Source of the DNA: an uncultured Planctomycetaceae bacterium
GTDB lineage: Bacteria; Planctomycetota; Planctomycetia; Pirellulales; PALSA-1355
Direction: 5' to 3'
Assembly (NCBI GenBank): GCA_963785305.1
Contig: CAWAUV010000008.1
Coordinates: 832,001 to 896,000 of the forward strand
DNA: 64,000 nucleotides
Positions 41,284 through 53,278 of the stretch are shown piece by piece. The number at the start of each line of letters is the position of its first letter. Positions within the stretch are counted from its first letter, which is position 1. The translations under genes were made by a program, and so were the position numbers. The notes beneath the pieces were generated by a model. It searched no databases and was not told the origin of the DNA. It was given only the letters and a program-made list of their open reading frames with translations.

Positions 41284-44107
41284 ATGCGACTCCGAATTTT
41301 TCACTCCCCGCTGGCCCTCGGGCCGGCCTTGGCGGTTGTCGCGGCGCTCGCGCCGTGCCTCGTTTGGGGCGCGGCATGCTCGGCGGGCGAGTTCACGCCC
41401 GACCCGCGCTCGGTCGAGCGCTCGGGACCGGCCTACCGCTATCCGCAAGCCGGCTGGACGGTGGTGCATATCGAAGGCGAGCCCTACGAGCGCGGCTTGC
41501 AGCATGGACATCTGCTCGCGGCCGAGATCGGGGCCTATGTGCGATGCTTGGCTACCGGGGCCAGCGTCAAGGCGCCCGTCGAGGCCTGGAAACAAACGCG
41601 TCTCTTGGTCAACTCGCTCTTTCTGCGGGGTTACTCGCCGGAGCAGCTCGAGGAAATGAAAGGCATCGCCGATGGCGCAAGCGCCGCGGCGCTCGCTTTG
41701 AAGGTCGCCCCATCGATTTGCTCGACATCGCCGTGCTCAACGCGCCCGATCGAGCTCGAAGCGCTCGAGCCGGCGCTCGACGCCACGCCCACCGGTCTCG
41801 AAGGCCGCGATCTCGCGGGCGCGAAAAGCAAAGGCTCGCCCGCGACCAGCGCCCCGCCCGCCGAGCCGGCTAGCCGCTCGCGACCGATGCGCTGCACGCG
41901 CCTTCGCCGCCACGGGCCCGGCGACGCGAGATGGCCGGATCGTGTTTGGCCATGTGACCATGTGGAAGCTGCATGCGGCCCACTACTACAACATCTGGCT
42001 CGACCTCAAACCGACTCGCGGCCATCGCGTCGTGATGCAAACGTTTCCCGGCGGCATGCACAGCAGCATGGACTATGCGATGAACGACGCCGGCCTCGTG
42101 ATGTGCGAAACCACGCTCGATCAAACCGGATTCAACAAACAAGGCGCACCGCTCGCGGCTCGCATTCGCGCCGCCGCCCAATATTCCGGCACGATCGATG
42201 AAATGGTGGCGATGCTCGAGCGCGACAATAATGGACTTTCGACCGAAGAATGGATTCTCGGCGATCTGAAGACAAATGAAATCGCGCTGTTCACTCTCGG
42301 CACGAACGCGCACAAGCTACTGCGCAGCGGCGCCGAGCAATGGATCGCCGGCGCGAAAGGCTTTTACTGGAGCTGCAACAACGACAAAGACCGCGCGGTG
42401 CGGCTCGAAACGATCGCGGCTCTCGATGCTCGGCCATCGAGCGTGGGGTCGTTTTCGCCCTCGAAGCGCGACATCGCGTGGTTGGCTCTCCATGACGCGT
42501 GGCGGGGGAAGTTCGACGCCGACGTGGCCCGGCAAGCGCTCCATTCGCCCTCGCTCGTGACCAGTTATTCGGTCGACGCGAAATTCGCCACCGCCGACAT
42601 GGCCTCGCGGCTCACGACCTGGGCCAGCTTTGGACCGCCCTCGGGCCACACCTGGAACCCGACCGACACGGAGCGAGCGCGCTACCCCGACATTCGGCCG
42701 CTGGTTTGCAATCCTTGGACCGTGCTGGCCGCGGCGTCGCCGGCGGCGGGCGACGACGACGATTATCCGGTGGTCGATATTCGCGGCGGCCACGACTCCG
42801 ACACCGCGGCGCAGGCCAAAAGCGAGCCCGATCCCAGTCCGGCGCCGGCTTGGCGCGGCACGCTCCTGCCGAAAACCGACGCCGATATTTGGCTCGCGAC
42901 CGCGTTCGCCAATTATGAACGCATCGTGGCGCTCGAGCGCGCGCTCCGGGCAAAGTCGGACCATCGCGAATTGAGCGACGCGGACCTCGATCATCTGGGA
43001 GTCTCGCTGTTTTATTATCGCGCGATTTACGAACTGGGGTCCCGGGCCGGCGCCGACACTCCGCTCGCCGAGATACACGCCGACCTTCGAAGCGATTCCT
43101 GGCGCCAAGTGGCGGCTGGCAAGGGAGTGCTCTTGCTCGCGGCGCTCCGGGCGCTGGCCGGGGCCGAGAAGTTCGATGCCTGGATGGACTCCTTCGGCCG
43201 CGCCCATGCCGGTCAGGAAGTGACCGCGGCCGAGTTTCAGTCGCATCTCGAAAAAGCAAGCGGCAAAAGTTGGGCGCCGTTTTTCGATGCCTGGCTCCAT
43301 CGCCCGGGCCTGGCGCGGCTGGAGCTCGGCCCCTGCGAAACGCGTCGCTCGGCGAGCGCTTGGATTACCCGGGTTACGGTGCGCCGCGACAAGCATTCGC
43401 CGCCGCTAGCCGTGCCGATCACGGTCGAAACCGCGAACTCCGACGCCACTCGCTGGGCGTCGCTCGACGACGAGCAGCGGGTCGTCGAGATCACGACCAG
43501 CGAGCGACCCGAGCAAGTGACCGTCGACAGATATGGGCTCGCCTCGCGCGGCGGCGGAGGGCCCTTCACGATTCTCACCTGCGAAAACGAGCTCGATCGA
43601 ACACTGATCGTTTACGGCACGCTCGACGATGAAGCCGCCAATCGCGAAGCGGCCCGGGTGTTGCAAATGGCGCTGCGGAGCCGCGATCAGGCGATCTCGG
43701 CCCCGATCAAGTCGGACACCGAAACCACGCCCGACGACTTGGCCCGGCGTCATCTGGTGCTCGTGGGTGGACCGGAGACGAACCGGCTCGCGGCGCACTT
43801 TCGCGATCGCTTGCCAGTGTCGTTCGGATCGCATTCCTTCGTGGTGCGCGATTTGGCTTATGCCAACGCGGGAACGGCGGTGCTGTTGGCGGCCGAGAAC
43901 CCGCTGGCGCCGCGCTACTCGCTCGTGGTCGTGGCCGGACTGAGCGGGGCGGCGACGGTTCAAGCGGCGGGGCGTTTCGACTCGGACAACCTGACGTATG
44001 CCGAGGTCGTGGTGCTGCCTGGCGGCGATGGCGAGCATAGTTTCGTCACGCCACCCAAGTCGCTGGTGCGCGAACTCGATGATAAGGCGAGCGCGGCCAC
44101 GCGATAA
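41284..44107 (+). CDS. C45/Ntn-hydrolase fused to M1-aminopeptidase-like C-terminal region (frameshifts ~41690-41900)
   Basis: HIEGEPYERGLQHG, EEMKGIADGA, N-terminal nucleophile region RC…ATGPATRDGRIVFGH; KGVLLLAALR…FFDAWL. Confidence 0.75.
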
Positions 44108-44138
44108 CATTCATGGATAACACCCGCCACGCGCGATC

Positions 44139-46041
44139 TCAGCGCCGGGGACGAGCCATGTTGGCTTGCCGGGGTCCATCGTCTGGCGCGTCGGCGAGCC
44201 CGGGCCGGCCCAAGAGCAGCAGGTGGTGGCTGCGGAGAAACGACGCATAGTCACCCAGAACCTCGACATCGCGAGGCAGGAGCGGCCGAATGGTTTCGTA
44301 CTCCGCCGAGGGCACGACAAGAAACGTCGGCGCCCGGGGTCCGTCGAACACGGCCACGGCGGCGGCGGCCGTCGGCGCTTCGTCGACCACGTGCTTGGCG
44401 TAAAAGACGAGGCTCGGCCGCGAATGATGGTAGCCGACGATCTTCGGCTCGGCGCCATGGGAGTGTTCTAAGATGCGGGCCGCCATCGGCGCGGTGTATT
44501 GAAAATCATCGACGCGCACCGCCCCCAGTCCCATCACGCCGCAAAGAAACAAGACTCCGCCAGCGGCCACGGCGCCCAATGCCCGACTTGGCCGGCCGCG
44601 TTCGCTTTCGATCCAGCCATAGATCGCCGCGGCCAAGAGCGGGGCCGCGAGCAGGCTCCAGTGCAGCTCCCAAACATGGCTAAGAAAGTGTTCGATGGCC
44701 CAGGGGAGCCCGATCGCGGTCGCCAGCCCCACCACGCCGAGCACGATAAACGCCGAGCGGCTCCAAAATCGCGACACGCTCGCCGGGGCTTCGAGCCATC
44801 CGACCACGAAGCGGGCAATCAGAAAGCGCAGCCGCCGGATAAGCCGGCGCGATATAGCTGGGCAACTTGGTGCCGGAGAGCGAAAAGAACACCGTCCACG
44901 CCCCGAGCCACGAGACCAGCAGCAGGTCGCCCGTCATCGTCGCGTCGCGCGCTTCGAGGCGCCGCGCCGCGCTCATGCAAGTGGGTGACAGGAAGATCGA
45001 CCAGGGAAACAGTCCCACGAGCAGCGCGACGACATAATAAACGATCGGTCCGCCGTGATTTTCCATCGGCTGCATGAACCGGCCGAAATTATGCACGCCG
45101 AAAAACCCCACCAGCCAGGCTCCGTCCGTTCGATAGCCGACCAGCGCGTACCACGGCCCGGCAATGACGAGCGTCGCCAAGAGCGCGAGGTCCGGCCGCA
45201 TCGCCAGCCCAACTCGCAGCCAGCGGCGGGGAGAGGTCATGGCCGCGAGCAGTGAGGCGAATCGGGCCAGCCGAGATCGCGGCGCGGTGGCCGAGGATTC
45301 GGCGCCATTGGACGCGGCGTGGCGCAATCGCGCCGTTTCCGTGGATACGAGAAGCACCTCGCGGCTCACGAGAAACACCGCCCAGCTCGCCACCGGCAGC
45401 ACAATTGCAACCGGACCCTTGACCAGAATCCCCAGGCCGAGAAATGCATACGCGAGCGCATAGGTTGAGGTCGTCAAGCGGGCGCCAGGCGCCACGCCGC
45501 GAGCAAACATTACCGTGCCCAGCGTGCAAAACAGGGTAAGCCAAGCGTCGGGAGTAGCGGCGCGGGCAATCAGCGAAAACTGCAAGCACACGCCAAGGAT
45601 CACGCCGCCCCAAAAGCCGACCCGCGCCGAGAACAGCCGCCGACCGATCGCGTAGGTCACGAGCACCGTGGCCAAGCCGGCCAGCGCCGAGCCGCAGCGG
45701 GCCGCGAACTCATTACAACCAAACAGCTCATAGCCGAGCATGATGCCCCAGTACAACCAGGGCGGCTTATGCGTAAACAACTCGCCGTTGTACACCGGCG
45801 CCACCGGATCGCCGGCGACGAACATCTCGCGCACCGTCTCGGCGAAGATCGCTTCGTCGACATCCCAAAGCCGCACCCCGCCCAGTTGAAAAAAGAACAC
45901 GACCGCGCTCAGCAGCGCAAGCCAAACAAGATCGCGCCGGGCCGCGCTATCCCACGCGGGCGACGGCGCCCCGCGATCCTCCGGCGACGCCGGCGCCGCG
46001 GCATACCAGCGGAAGAACCCAAGCTTGCGATACCAAGCCAC
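44139..46041 (-). CDS. ArnT/PMT-family glycosyltransferase (frameshift near 44810)
   Basis: LWDVDEAIFAETVREM, KPPWLYW, KGPVA, TKLPSYIAPAYP. Confidence 0.88.
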
Positions 46042-46264
46042 GCGACGACCCTCGCATACCAGGGGAGCATGTCACGATGAAGCCCACCGCAAATGCCCGA
46101 CGGACAAGCCACTGTCCTTCGGCCAAGCGCCAGCAATGCCGGCAGCGCAGCTTCGCATGACGAAAAAGGAAGCGAAGTGTAAATGTGAGTCCCCGGCGAG
46201 ACAACGCCAAAATATGGGGCCAGAGCCTCGCGGCTTCGCGCCGATCCGTGAGACGCCGGATAAT

Positions 46265-47534
46265 CTAACCCGCGGACGGCGATGTCTCGTCGGCGAGATA
46301 GCCATAGCGGCGCATCGCGTGGCCCCAGCGGGCGGCGATTGCTTGCTCCTGGGCCGCGTCGAGCCGGTGCTGGTTGACGCGAAAATTCCGCGAGCGCGAA
46401 TTCTCGAAATACTCCAGCAGCTTCGGTTCCACATGCTCGAATTCGCCTAGCTCGAAGCGGTCGTAGATCGCGCGGGTCTCCGACACCGGGTCACGCACTA
46501 GGTCCTCATCGCGCACTTCGCAAAGCTGATGCTCGGCCAGTCGCGGGCGATCGCGTTCGAAGGCGGCGTACATCCGCTCGAAGCACGCCAAGATCGATTC
46601 TTCCGAACCCTCGACCGGCGGCTTTTGAAATGACTGCGATTCGTAGAGCGTCTTCCAAAGCTTGACGGTCGACGAATACACAGCCCGCGGATCGCGCACG
46701 ATATGCACGAACCGCGCATCGGGAAACAGATCGAGCAACACGCCTACCCGCGCCGAATGCGGCGGACTTTTGAGCACGATTCGCCGTGGATCGGCGCACG
46801 TCACCGTTTGCAAAAAGCGGAGCAGCGATTGCCGCCAGCACCACGAACTCGGGCGACTGCTCGCCGAGATCGAGATATTGGGCATATTTGTCGCGATCGC
46901 GCGGAAACGCCAAATGCAGATATGGCGACGGCACGCCCATATTGCACAAGGCAAACTCATCTTCCTGCGGACGATGCCAGCCCATTTGCATATCGTCCAT
47001 CGGTCGTTGGGCCGGCAGCAGAAACGTGAGCTTGGTCGCCCACCAGCTCGACACCAGGAAATGATCCGGGCTCATGCACTGGAAAGTCGTCGGCGAGGTG
47101 AAACGCTCGTCGAGCGTGAGCAGTTCATGCAGGAGCGTGGTGCCGGAGCGCCAGTGGCCGATGATGAAGATCGGCGGCCCCACGAGCTTGGTCTCGGCGA
47201 TGCGGCGGCCATGGCGCTTGCGTTGCCACCAGCTCGTGGCGGAGTTGACCAGACTGGCGAAGCTCACGGTGCTGGCCAAGCCATAGTCCTTGAGCCGGAT
47301 CGTGCCAGCGTGCTGCCACAACAAGGGGGCCCACACACTGAGCCGCATGCCATGCCAGAATCGGGCCGCGTACCAGCGATAGGGATTTGTCTCGTGCGGT
47401 TTGAGCGTGGGCCGCTCGGCGGACGCGGATTGCATGGCGGACGGCGGCGCACTTGAAGCAGAGTCGCCGGGAGTCGCGCCGGCGGATTGCGAGGCGGTCG
47501 GCTCGGGGACAGTGGAATCTTGGCGAACGCTCAT
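46265..47534 (-). CDS. Sulfotransferase (frameshift near 46840)
   Basis: FIIGHWRSGTTLLHELL, LKSPPH, HIVRDP. Confidence 0.9.
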
Positions 47535-47671
47535 GGCAAACTATTGGCGAGGCGAAACTTCAGGAGACGGCAAGGCGCCGCGACGTCGATCAAGCACGCG
47601 CGCCGATCAGAGCAAAACAAGGCGTCCCTAGTGCTCTATCACGGGCTGAAATGATGGATTGGATTCGTTCC

Positions 47672-47757
47672 GTGTGCCATGCCCACGGCCCTGCGTGGGC
47701 ATGAGTGCCGTGCGTTGCGCTTGAGAACATGCCCACGCAAGCGTGGGCATGGCACAC
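47672..47757. repeat. REP-like double palindrome CATGCCCACGCAAGCGTGGGCATG
   Basis: Two inverted hairpin units; degenerate pair at 62410-62487. Confidence 0.8.
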
Positions 47758-47919
47758 TCGCAAACCGAATCCAACCTGCCATTTCGACTGTGACAATGCA
47801 CTAGCTTAACAACGCGAGCCATCGCATGCCACGAGCTTCGCGGAGGTTGGCGAGACGCGAAACCCATTCTCCCGCCAGCGGGCCTTGGCGAGACGCCCCC
47901 CCAAGCGCACGGCGACAAA

Positions 47920-48528
47920 CTATCGCGATTCCGTTTCGGTTGCACTCGCGCGACGGGCCACGGTTTGCAGCACTGCCTGCATCGCCAGGGTCACATCGCC
48001 GCTGGGCTTCTTGCCCACGATCCGATTCAACGGCACTCCCCGCACCGACACGAACTGCACGGTGGGAAACGCCTGGACCCGAAACTGTTGGCAGACTTCG
48101 GCCTCGGAGTCGGCGTCGACCTCGACGCACACAAAGTTTTGCGAGAGCGCCACCACATTCCGCTCGCCAAAGGCTTCGGCCGCCATCTGGTGGCAATAGC
48201 GGCACCAGTCGGCCGTGAAAAAGACAAGCATCGGTTTGCCGCTGGCCTGCGAGCGGCGGCAACCATCGGCATAGTCATGGATGAAGTCGATACGCTGCGC
48301 ACTGTCGCTCGCCGAGTCGGGCGGCGAAGCGTCGAGCGCGGCGCTCGGCTCGATCGCCGCCGGCGCATGTTCGGCGTCGGCCTGCAAGGTCGAGTCGCTC
48401 CTAAGGCCGCATCCGGTCAGGGCCAACGCGCAAATTGCCGCGCCGAGCGTGGCCGCCAAGCGCGATTGCGGATTCGTCATTACGATTCGTTTGAACAATT
48501 CACGGTTCCTCATGCGATCTTGCGACAT
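47920..48528 (-). CDS. Thioredoxin-family (lipo)protein
   Basis: LTGC lipobox-like; FTADWCRYCH; FPT. Confidence 0.85.
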   Translation of the reverse strand: MSQDRMRNRELFKRIVMTNPQSRLAATLGAAICALALTGCGLRSDSTLQADAEHAPAAIEPSAALDASPPDSASDSAQRIDFIHDYADGCRRSQASGKPMLVFFTADWCRYCHQMAAEAFGERNVVALSQNFVCVEVDADSEAEVCQQFRVQAFPTVQFVSVRGVPLNRIVGKKPSGDVTLAMQAVLQTVARRASATETESR

Positions 48529-48637
48529 CCGAGTTCGCGCTTGGCGTCTCGGGCGGCGGTTGCATTGTTTGTCGGTCGAATGCCCGCCGCGACTTGAGCG
48601 GGAGCGTTATACCGGCTGCGCTTGCCGCTCGCCAAGA

Positions 48638-50366
48638 TCAGCTCCAGGCCAGCATGCCAGTAGCGCCGGCATTGCGCGCATCGCGCGCCGCGAAACGAGC
48701 GCGGGGAATTCGCGGGCCGCGAACTAGCGAGCCGCTTCGACCGGCATTCACTTTGCCGCGGAGGACGGCGCCGACTTTTGTTCGAGCCCGCGCGCGCAGC
48801 CGATTGCCGTGGCGCTGCGGCGAATCGTCGTCGTTGTAGAGCGCGATCGCCTTGGACGTGTCGCCCGAAGCTTCATAGGTTCGCGCCAGATTGTACTGCG
48901 CGGCCTGGGCCAAGATTCCGTCGGGCGCTTCGCGCAACATGCGATTCCAAAAGAAGTCGATCGCCACCGGGTAATCGCGCTCCTCGAAGGCGATCATGCC
49001 CAACCAGAAGGTGGCCATCTGCTTCGCGTCGGCCAGCAATTGCCGTTGCCGCGCGTTGAGCCGCGCACTTTGCAGCTCGATGTCCGAAGGGCGAGCGGCC
49101 ATGAGCATTCGCCGCGCGCCAACCGCTTCGTCGACCGTGTTGCGCGGCGCGGCCTCAACTTCGATGTCGTCGATATCGCCGCGCCGTCGCGGCTTGGCCG
49201 AGCGGCCATCGGGCTCGTCGAGCTGGCCCTTGAACGCCAAGGCCCGGCCAAACGACAACTGGGGCGACTCCAGCGGCAACAGGTCTTTCATCACCGCTTC
49301 GCGCGTCGCGGCGTCGAGATGCGCTTGTTGGCGGAGCGTCTCGAAGGGCAGCGGCCAGAGCGCGGGCTTCGCCAAGTGTTTGATTTTCTCCAGCCGGCCC
49401 GCGAGCACCGTCGGCGCCACGCTGAGCACGATCTTATTCGCCCCCGCCAAGCGAGTCTCGATCATTCGCATGCACTTGGCCAAAAAGTCGGGCGAAGCCT
49501 CGATCCAGGGCACGACCGACTCCAAATCCCGGGACTCGACCCCGTAGCGATGTTTCGCATCGAGATCGAGCGCGCGGAGCAGCGAATCGTCGGCCGCGAG
49601 CTCGGCGAGCGTGGCCACGCCCTTGCCGCCGGCGCCTGCCAGCGGAAGCCCCAAGCGAGGATCAAAGAGATAGAGATCCTGATCCTTGACGAGCGCCGCG
49701 ACCCAGGCGCACGGTGGACCATCGGGCCGCGGAAGCGCCAGCGCCACGACATCGAGCCCGCACTGCCGCGCGAGCAGCGAAAAAATCCACGCCCGCTGCT
49801 CGGCCGTCGCGCGAGCCATCATCAGAATCTCGCGCGGGCCATGCGGCGGCGCAGGACCCGCGGGACCGGAGTCGGGCGAGAGCTGGAAATTTCGCACGGT
49901 CCAATCGAACAAGCGCTCGGCGGTTTCGACATCATCAAACGCGCCCGCCCGCACCCGGCGACCGATATGGCGCGAGCCACACGGCTTGCTGCAGGAAAAA
50001 AACATCCTGGTCCGAATAACGGGCCAAACCCAACACCCGCACATCGGCGAGCTCGGCATATTGGGGCGGAAGCTCGGCCAACATCGGATCGAGCCGCCAT
50101 TCGACGGTCGGCTGTTCGTTGATCACCCATTGATTGAGCCGATCACGCACTTGCGGGATCATGCGGCCGACATGAAACTCCTCAAGGTGGTTGATGTTCT
50201 CGCCCACCGAGCGAATCAACTCGCCGTGGGTCTCGACTTGCGTGGCGGACTTCGCGGCTTGCGGTCGCCGGGCTCGCTGCCGATCGCAAGCAGGAATCAC
50301 GATTCCGAAGGCGGCGAGCGCGATCAAGCCGCCGCGCCGCGCGAGAGCAACAATGCGCCGCATCAT
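48638..50366 (-). CDS. TPR-containing (lipo)protein, frameshifted; 3' end uncertain
   Basis: Start overlaps kdsA stop (ATGA); [11 protein letters not shown]…[13 protein letters not shown] helices. Confidence 0.65.
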
Positions 50367-51238
50367 GGGAACTTCTCCACGGTGGCGCGAATCGCCAGCA
50401 AGCGCTCGAGCACCGCGGCGAATTGATCCAGCGGAATCATGTTCGGCCCATCGCTGGGCGAGCGGTCCGGGTCGGGATGCGTCTCGAAGAACAGACCATC
50501 GACTCCCAGGGCCGTGGCCGCGCGGGCCAGCGGCTCGACCATCTCGCGATTTCCGCCCGTCGCGGCGCCAAGACCGCCGGGCTCTTGCACGCTGTGCGTG
50601 GCGTCGAACACAACCGGCGCACCGAGCGCCCGCATCTGCGGAATTGCCCGCATATCGTTCACCAGTCGGCCGTAGCCAAAAAAGGTGCCTCGTTCGCAGA
50701 GCAGCACTTGGTGGCAGCCGGCCCCGTTGAGCTTGGCGAGCACATGCCGCATGTCCCACGGCGCGGCGAACTGCGGTTTCTTGACATTCACCGCGCGGCC
50801 CGTGGCGGCGGCCGCCAGCAGCAGATCGGTCTGCCGGGCCAAGAAAGCCGGAATTTGCAAGAGGTCGCACACTTCGGCCACGAGCGGCGACTTGATGCGA
50901 TTCATGGATGTCGGTCGTCACCGGCAGCCCGGTCTGTTTCTTCACCTCGGCCAGCACTTCCAGCCCCGCGGCGAGCCCCGCGCGCGAAAAGCGCCGCCAC
51001 TGGTGCGGTTGGCTTTGTCGAACGACGCCTTGAACACCAAATTCACTCCGAGTCTCGCGGCGATTTCCTTGAGCCTACCGGCGATCGAGAGCGTGAGCTC
51101 GGGGGTCTCGATCACGCATGGCCCGGCAATCAGCAACAAGGGCTGACCCCGGCCGCAAAGGTAAGGCCCGATCGAAGCAGGATTGGCGGTCACGCGAGCG
51201 GTTCCCTGGGCTATCGTCGTGTTGATGGGAGCGGACAT
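50363..51238 (-). CDS. kdsA: KDO8P synthase (frameshifts ~50890 and ~50960)
   Basis: [45 protein letters not shown]. Confidence 0.95.
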
Positions 51239-52301
51239 GGATCGGCCGGGCTGGCAAGACGAGCCAGCGCCGCCGCGGGAGCAACCAGCCGCACGCGGCC
51301 GGCGAGCGTTTCGATTTCGAGCGGCAACCATCCCCCTGGATCGCCATCGAGTTGCAACGGCGCCGGCGAATCGCTCGTCACGATCAGCGAGCGCGTCCGC
51401 AACACCCGGCAATCCGGTAGCCGGGCGTGGCGGCCGGCGAGCACATATCCCAAGTATCGCAAGCCGTGCCAAATTGAGCCATACCTCAAGGCGCACAGGT
51501 CGAGCAGCCCGTCACACGCTTGGGCTTCGGGCGTGAAGTCGAGTCCGCCGGCATAGCATGCCAAATTTTGCACGAACAGCCAACCGGCCTCGAACTCGAC
51601 CTCCGTTCCCGGCCCGTCGATTGCCGGCCAAACTTCGCCCGCGCGAAATTCCGCGTTGGGCTCCAGCGAGCGCACGCCGATACACCGGCAGCGCAAGCGT
51701 GGATACGTGTAACTACGCATGCATCGCAAGATTGGTTTGGCATAGCTCGATTTGCGAATGTGGCCCGTGCGAGCGGCGTGCAATTCGGCCACCACCGCGG
51801 CGTCGAAACCGATGCTCGCCGTCGCGAGAAACACGCGCCCCGCGGTGGCCGACGACTTGGCCTCGGCGGAGGACATGGCGCCGTGGGGCCGCGAAGCGGC
51901 GCGGGCCACGGCCGCGTCGATCCGGAGCGACTTGCCGGCGGCCAGCATCGCGGCAAAGTGGTCCGGCCGCGGTGTGATTCCAAGATGATTCGCCACCAGA
52001 TTGGCGGTTCCGAGCGGAAACACGGCGAGCGGAGTGTCGGGCGAGACGCGATTGACCAGTTCGGCCAGCGTGCCATCGCCACCCGCCGCGACCACGGCCC
52101 GCAAACTTCGCTCGCGAAGCGAATCGGCCGCGGCTTGCGTGATGGCGTCGAGATCGGTGAACACCTGGGCTTCGAGCCCTCGCGCGCCGAGGGCAGCGAC
52201 CAAGGCGGCGACGCTTTCGCGCGACGATCGCGCGCCGAGCGCGGATTGACGGCAATCGGCACGAAGCGAGCATCGTCGGGCATGGTTTCGAGCGTGGACA
52301 T
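51211..52301 (-). CDS. Diacylglycerol-kinase-family lipid kinase (frameshift near 52230)
   Basis: NP.S, GGDGT, PLGTAN, GFDA, QLDGD. Confidence 0.88.
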
Positions 52302-52364
52302 CGCCCGAGAGTATGCCAGCCGCCGGCTCCGCGTTCAACGCCCGTCCGAAATCGCGCGGCGCGA

Positions 52365-53027
52365 TCAGTGCATGAACTGATCGTGCCAGATTTTGAGGCC
52401 AATGAGCGCGGCAGTCACGGCCACCACGGCGTTGTACTCACGGCTGAGCATCCACTGGCTGAGCCGCCAACCGGACAGCGTGGGCCAAGAAAATCGCCGC
52501 GGGGAGAATCTCGCGGTGCGAGCGGTGTACCGCGGCCATTCGGTCGGATACATCTTCGCCAGCAGGCGTTCCTCGCTCAGCACCTTGGGCACATAAATGA
52601 TCGGAATCACGACCAACATGATCCACACATTCATCAAGTCGTCGATCAGCAGGCAGAAGCCGACGATCATGAGAAACGATCCGAGATACAGCGGATTGCG
52701 GGCAAAGGCATAAGGCCCTTCGGTCGTCAGCCGATCGTTTTTGATCAGAAAGCCGGCCGCCCAACTTCGCAACGCCAATCCGCCCAACACGCCGGCAAGG
52801 CCGCAGAGCGTGACCGGATCGCCCGGGCTCGCCAAATCCTTGGGAACCACTTTGCTCACTAGGTCAACGATCATCATCGTCGAGAACACGAGCATTGAAA
52901 TAAAGATGCGGCGCCGAATGATCAATTCACGCAGCCGCGCGAACTGCATTCGCAATGTGGCGCCCGACGAATTCGTGGTTGTGTCGACCGACATGATGGG
53001 ACAAGAAGCCTCGGTTTGAACCGGCAT
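52365..53027 (-). CDS. Isoprenylcysteine-carboxyl/phospholipid methyltransferase family membrane protein
   Basis: GPYAFARNPLYLG, EERLL…Y. Confidence 0.85.
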   Translation of the reverse strand: MPVQTEASCPIMSVDTTTNSSGATLRMQFARLRELIIRRRIFISMLVFSTMMIVDLVSKVVPKDLASPGDPVTLCGLAGVLGGLALRSWAAGFLIKNDRLTTEGPYAFARNPLYLGSFLMIVGFCLLIDDLMNVWIMLVVIPIIYVPKVLSEERLLAKMYPTEWPRYTARTARFSPRRFSWPTLSGWRLSQWMLSREYNAVVAVTAALIGLKIWHDQFMH

Positions 53028-53278
53028 GAAATTTCTCCGCGGGCACTATAGAAAGGCGGCGAGTTCGGCGCCAGGGATGTTTGGCGAGCGCGTATTACGG
53101 CGAGAGATAGACTTGTTTTCGGACGCGCAGGGCGCGAAAAATTGCGCATACCGGACGGCGGGATGAAGAATCGACGAATGCCAGCATTGGCATGATTTGG
53201 TATCGCGAAATGCCGGAAACACGCGGGGCGCATGGCGCCGCTAGCAGCTAGCAACCTGTTGAAATATTCATCAGGCTG

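Noticed and set aside
50363..51238. kdsA pseudogene
   Set aside because: All catalytic motifs are intact, and the breaks match the window-wide indel pattern.
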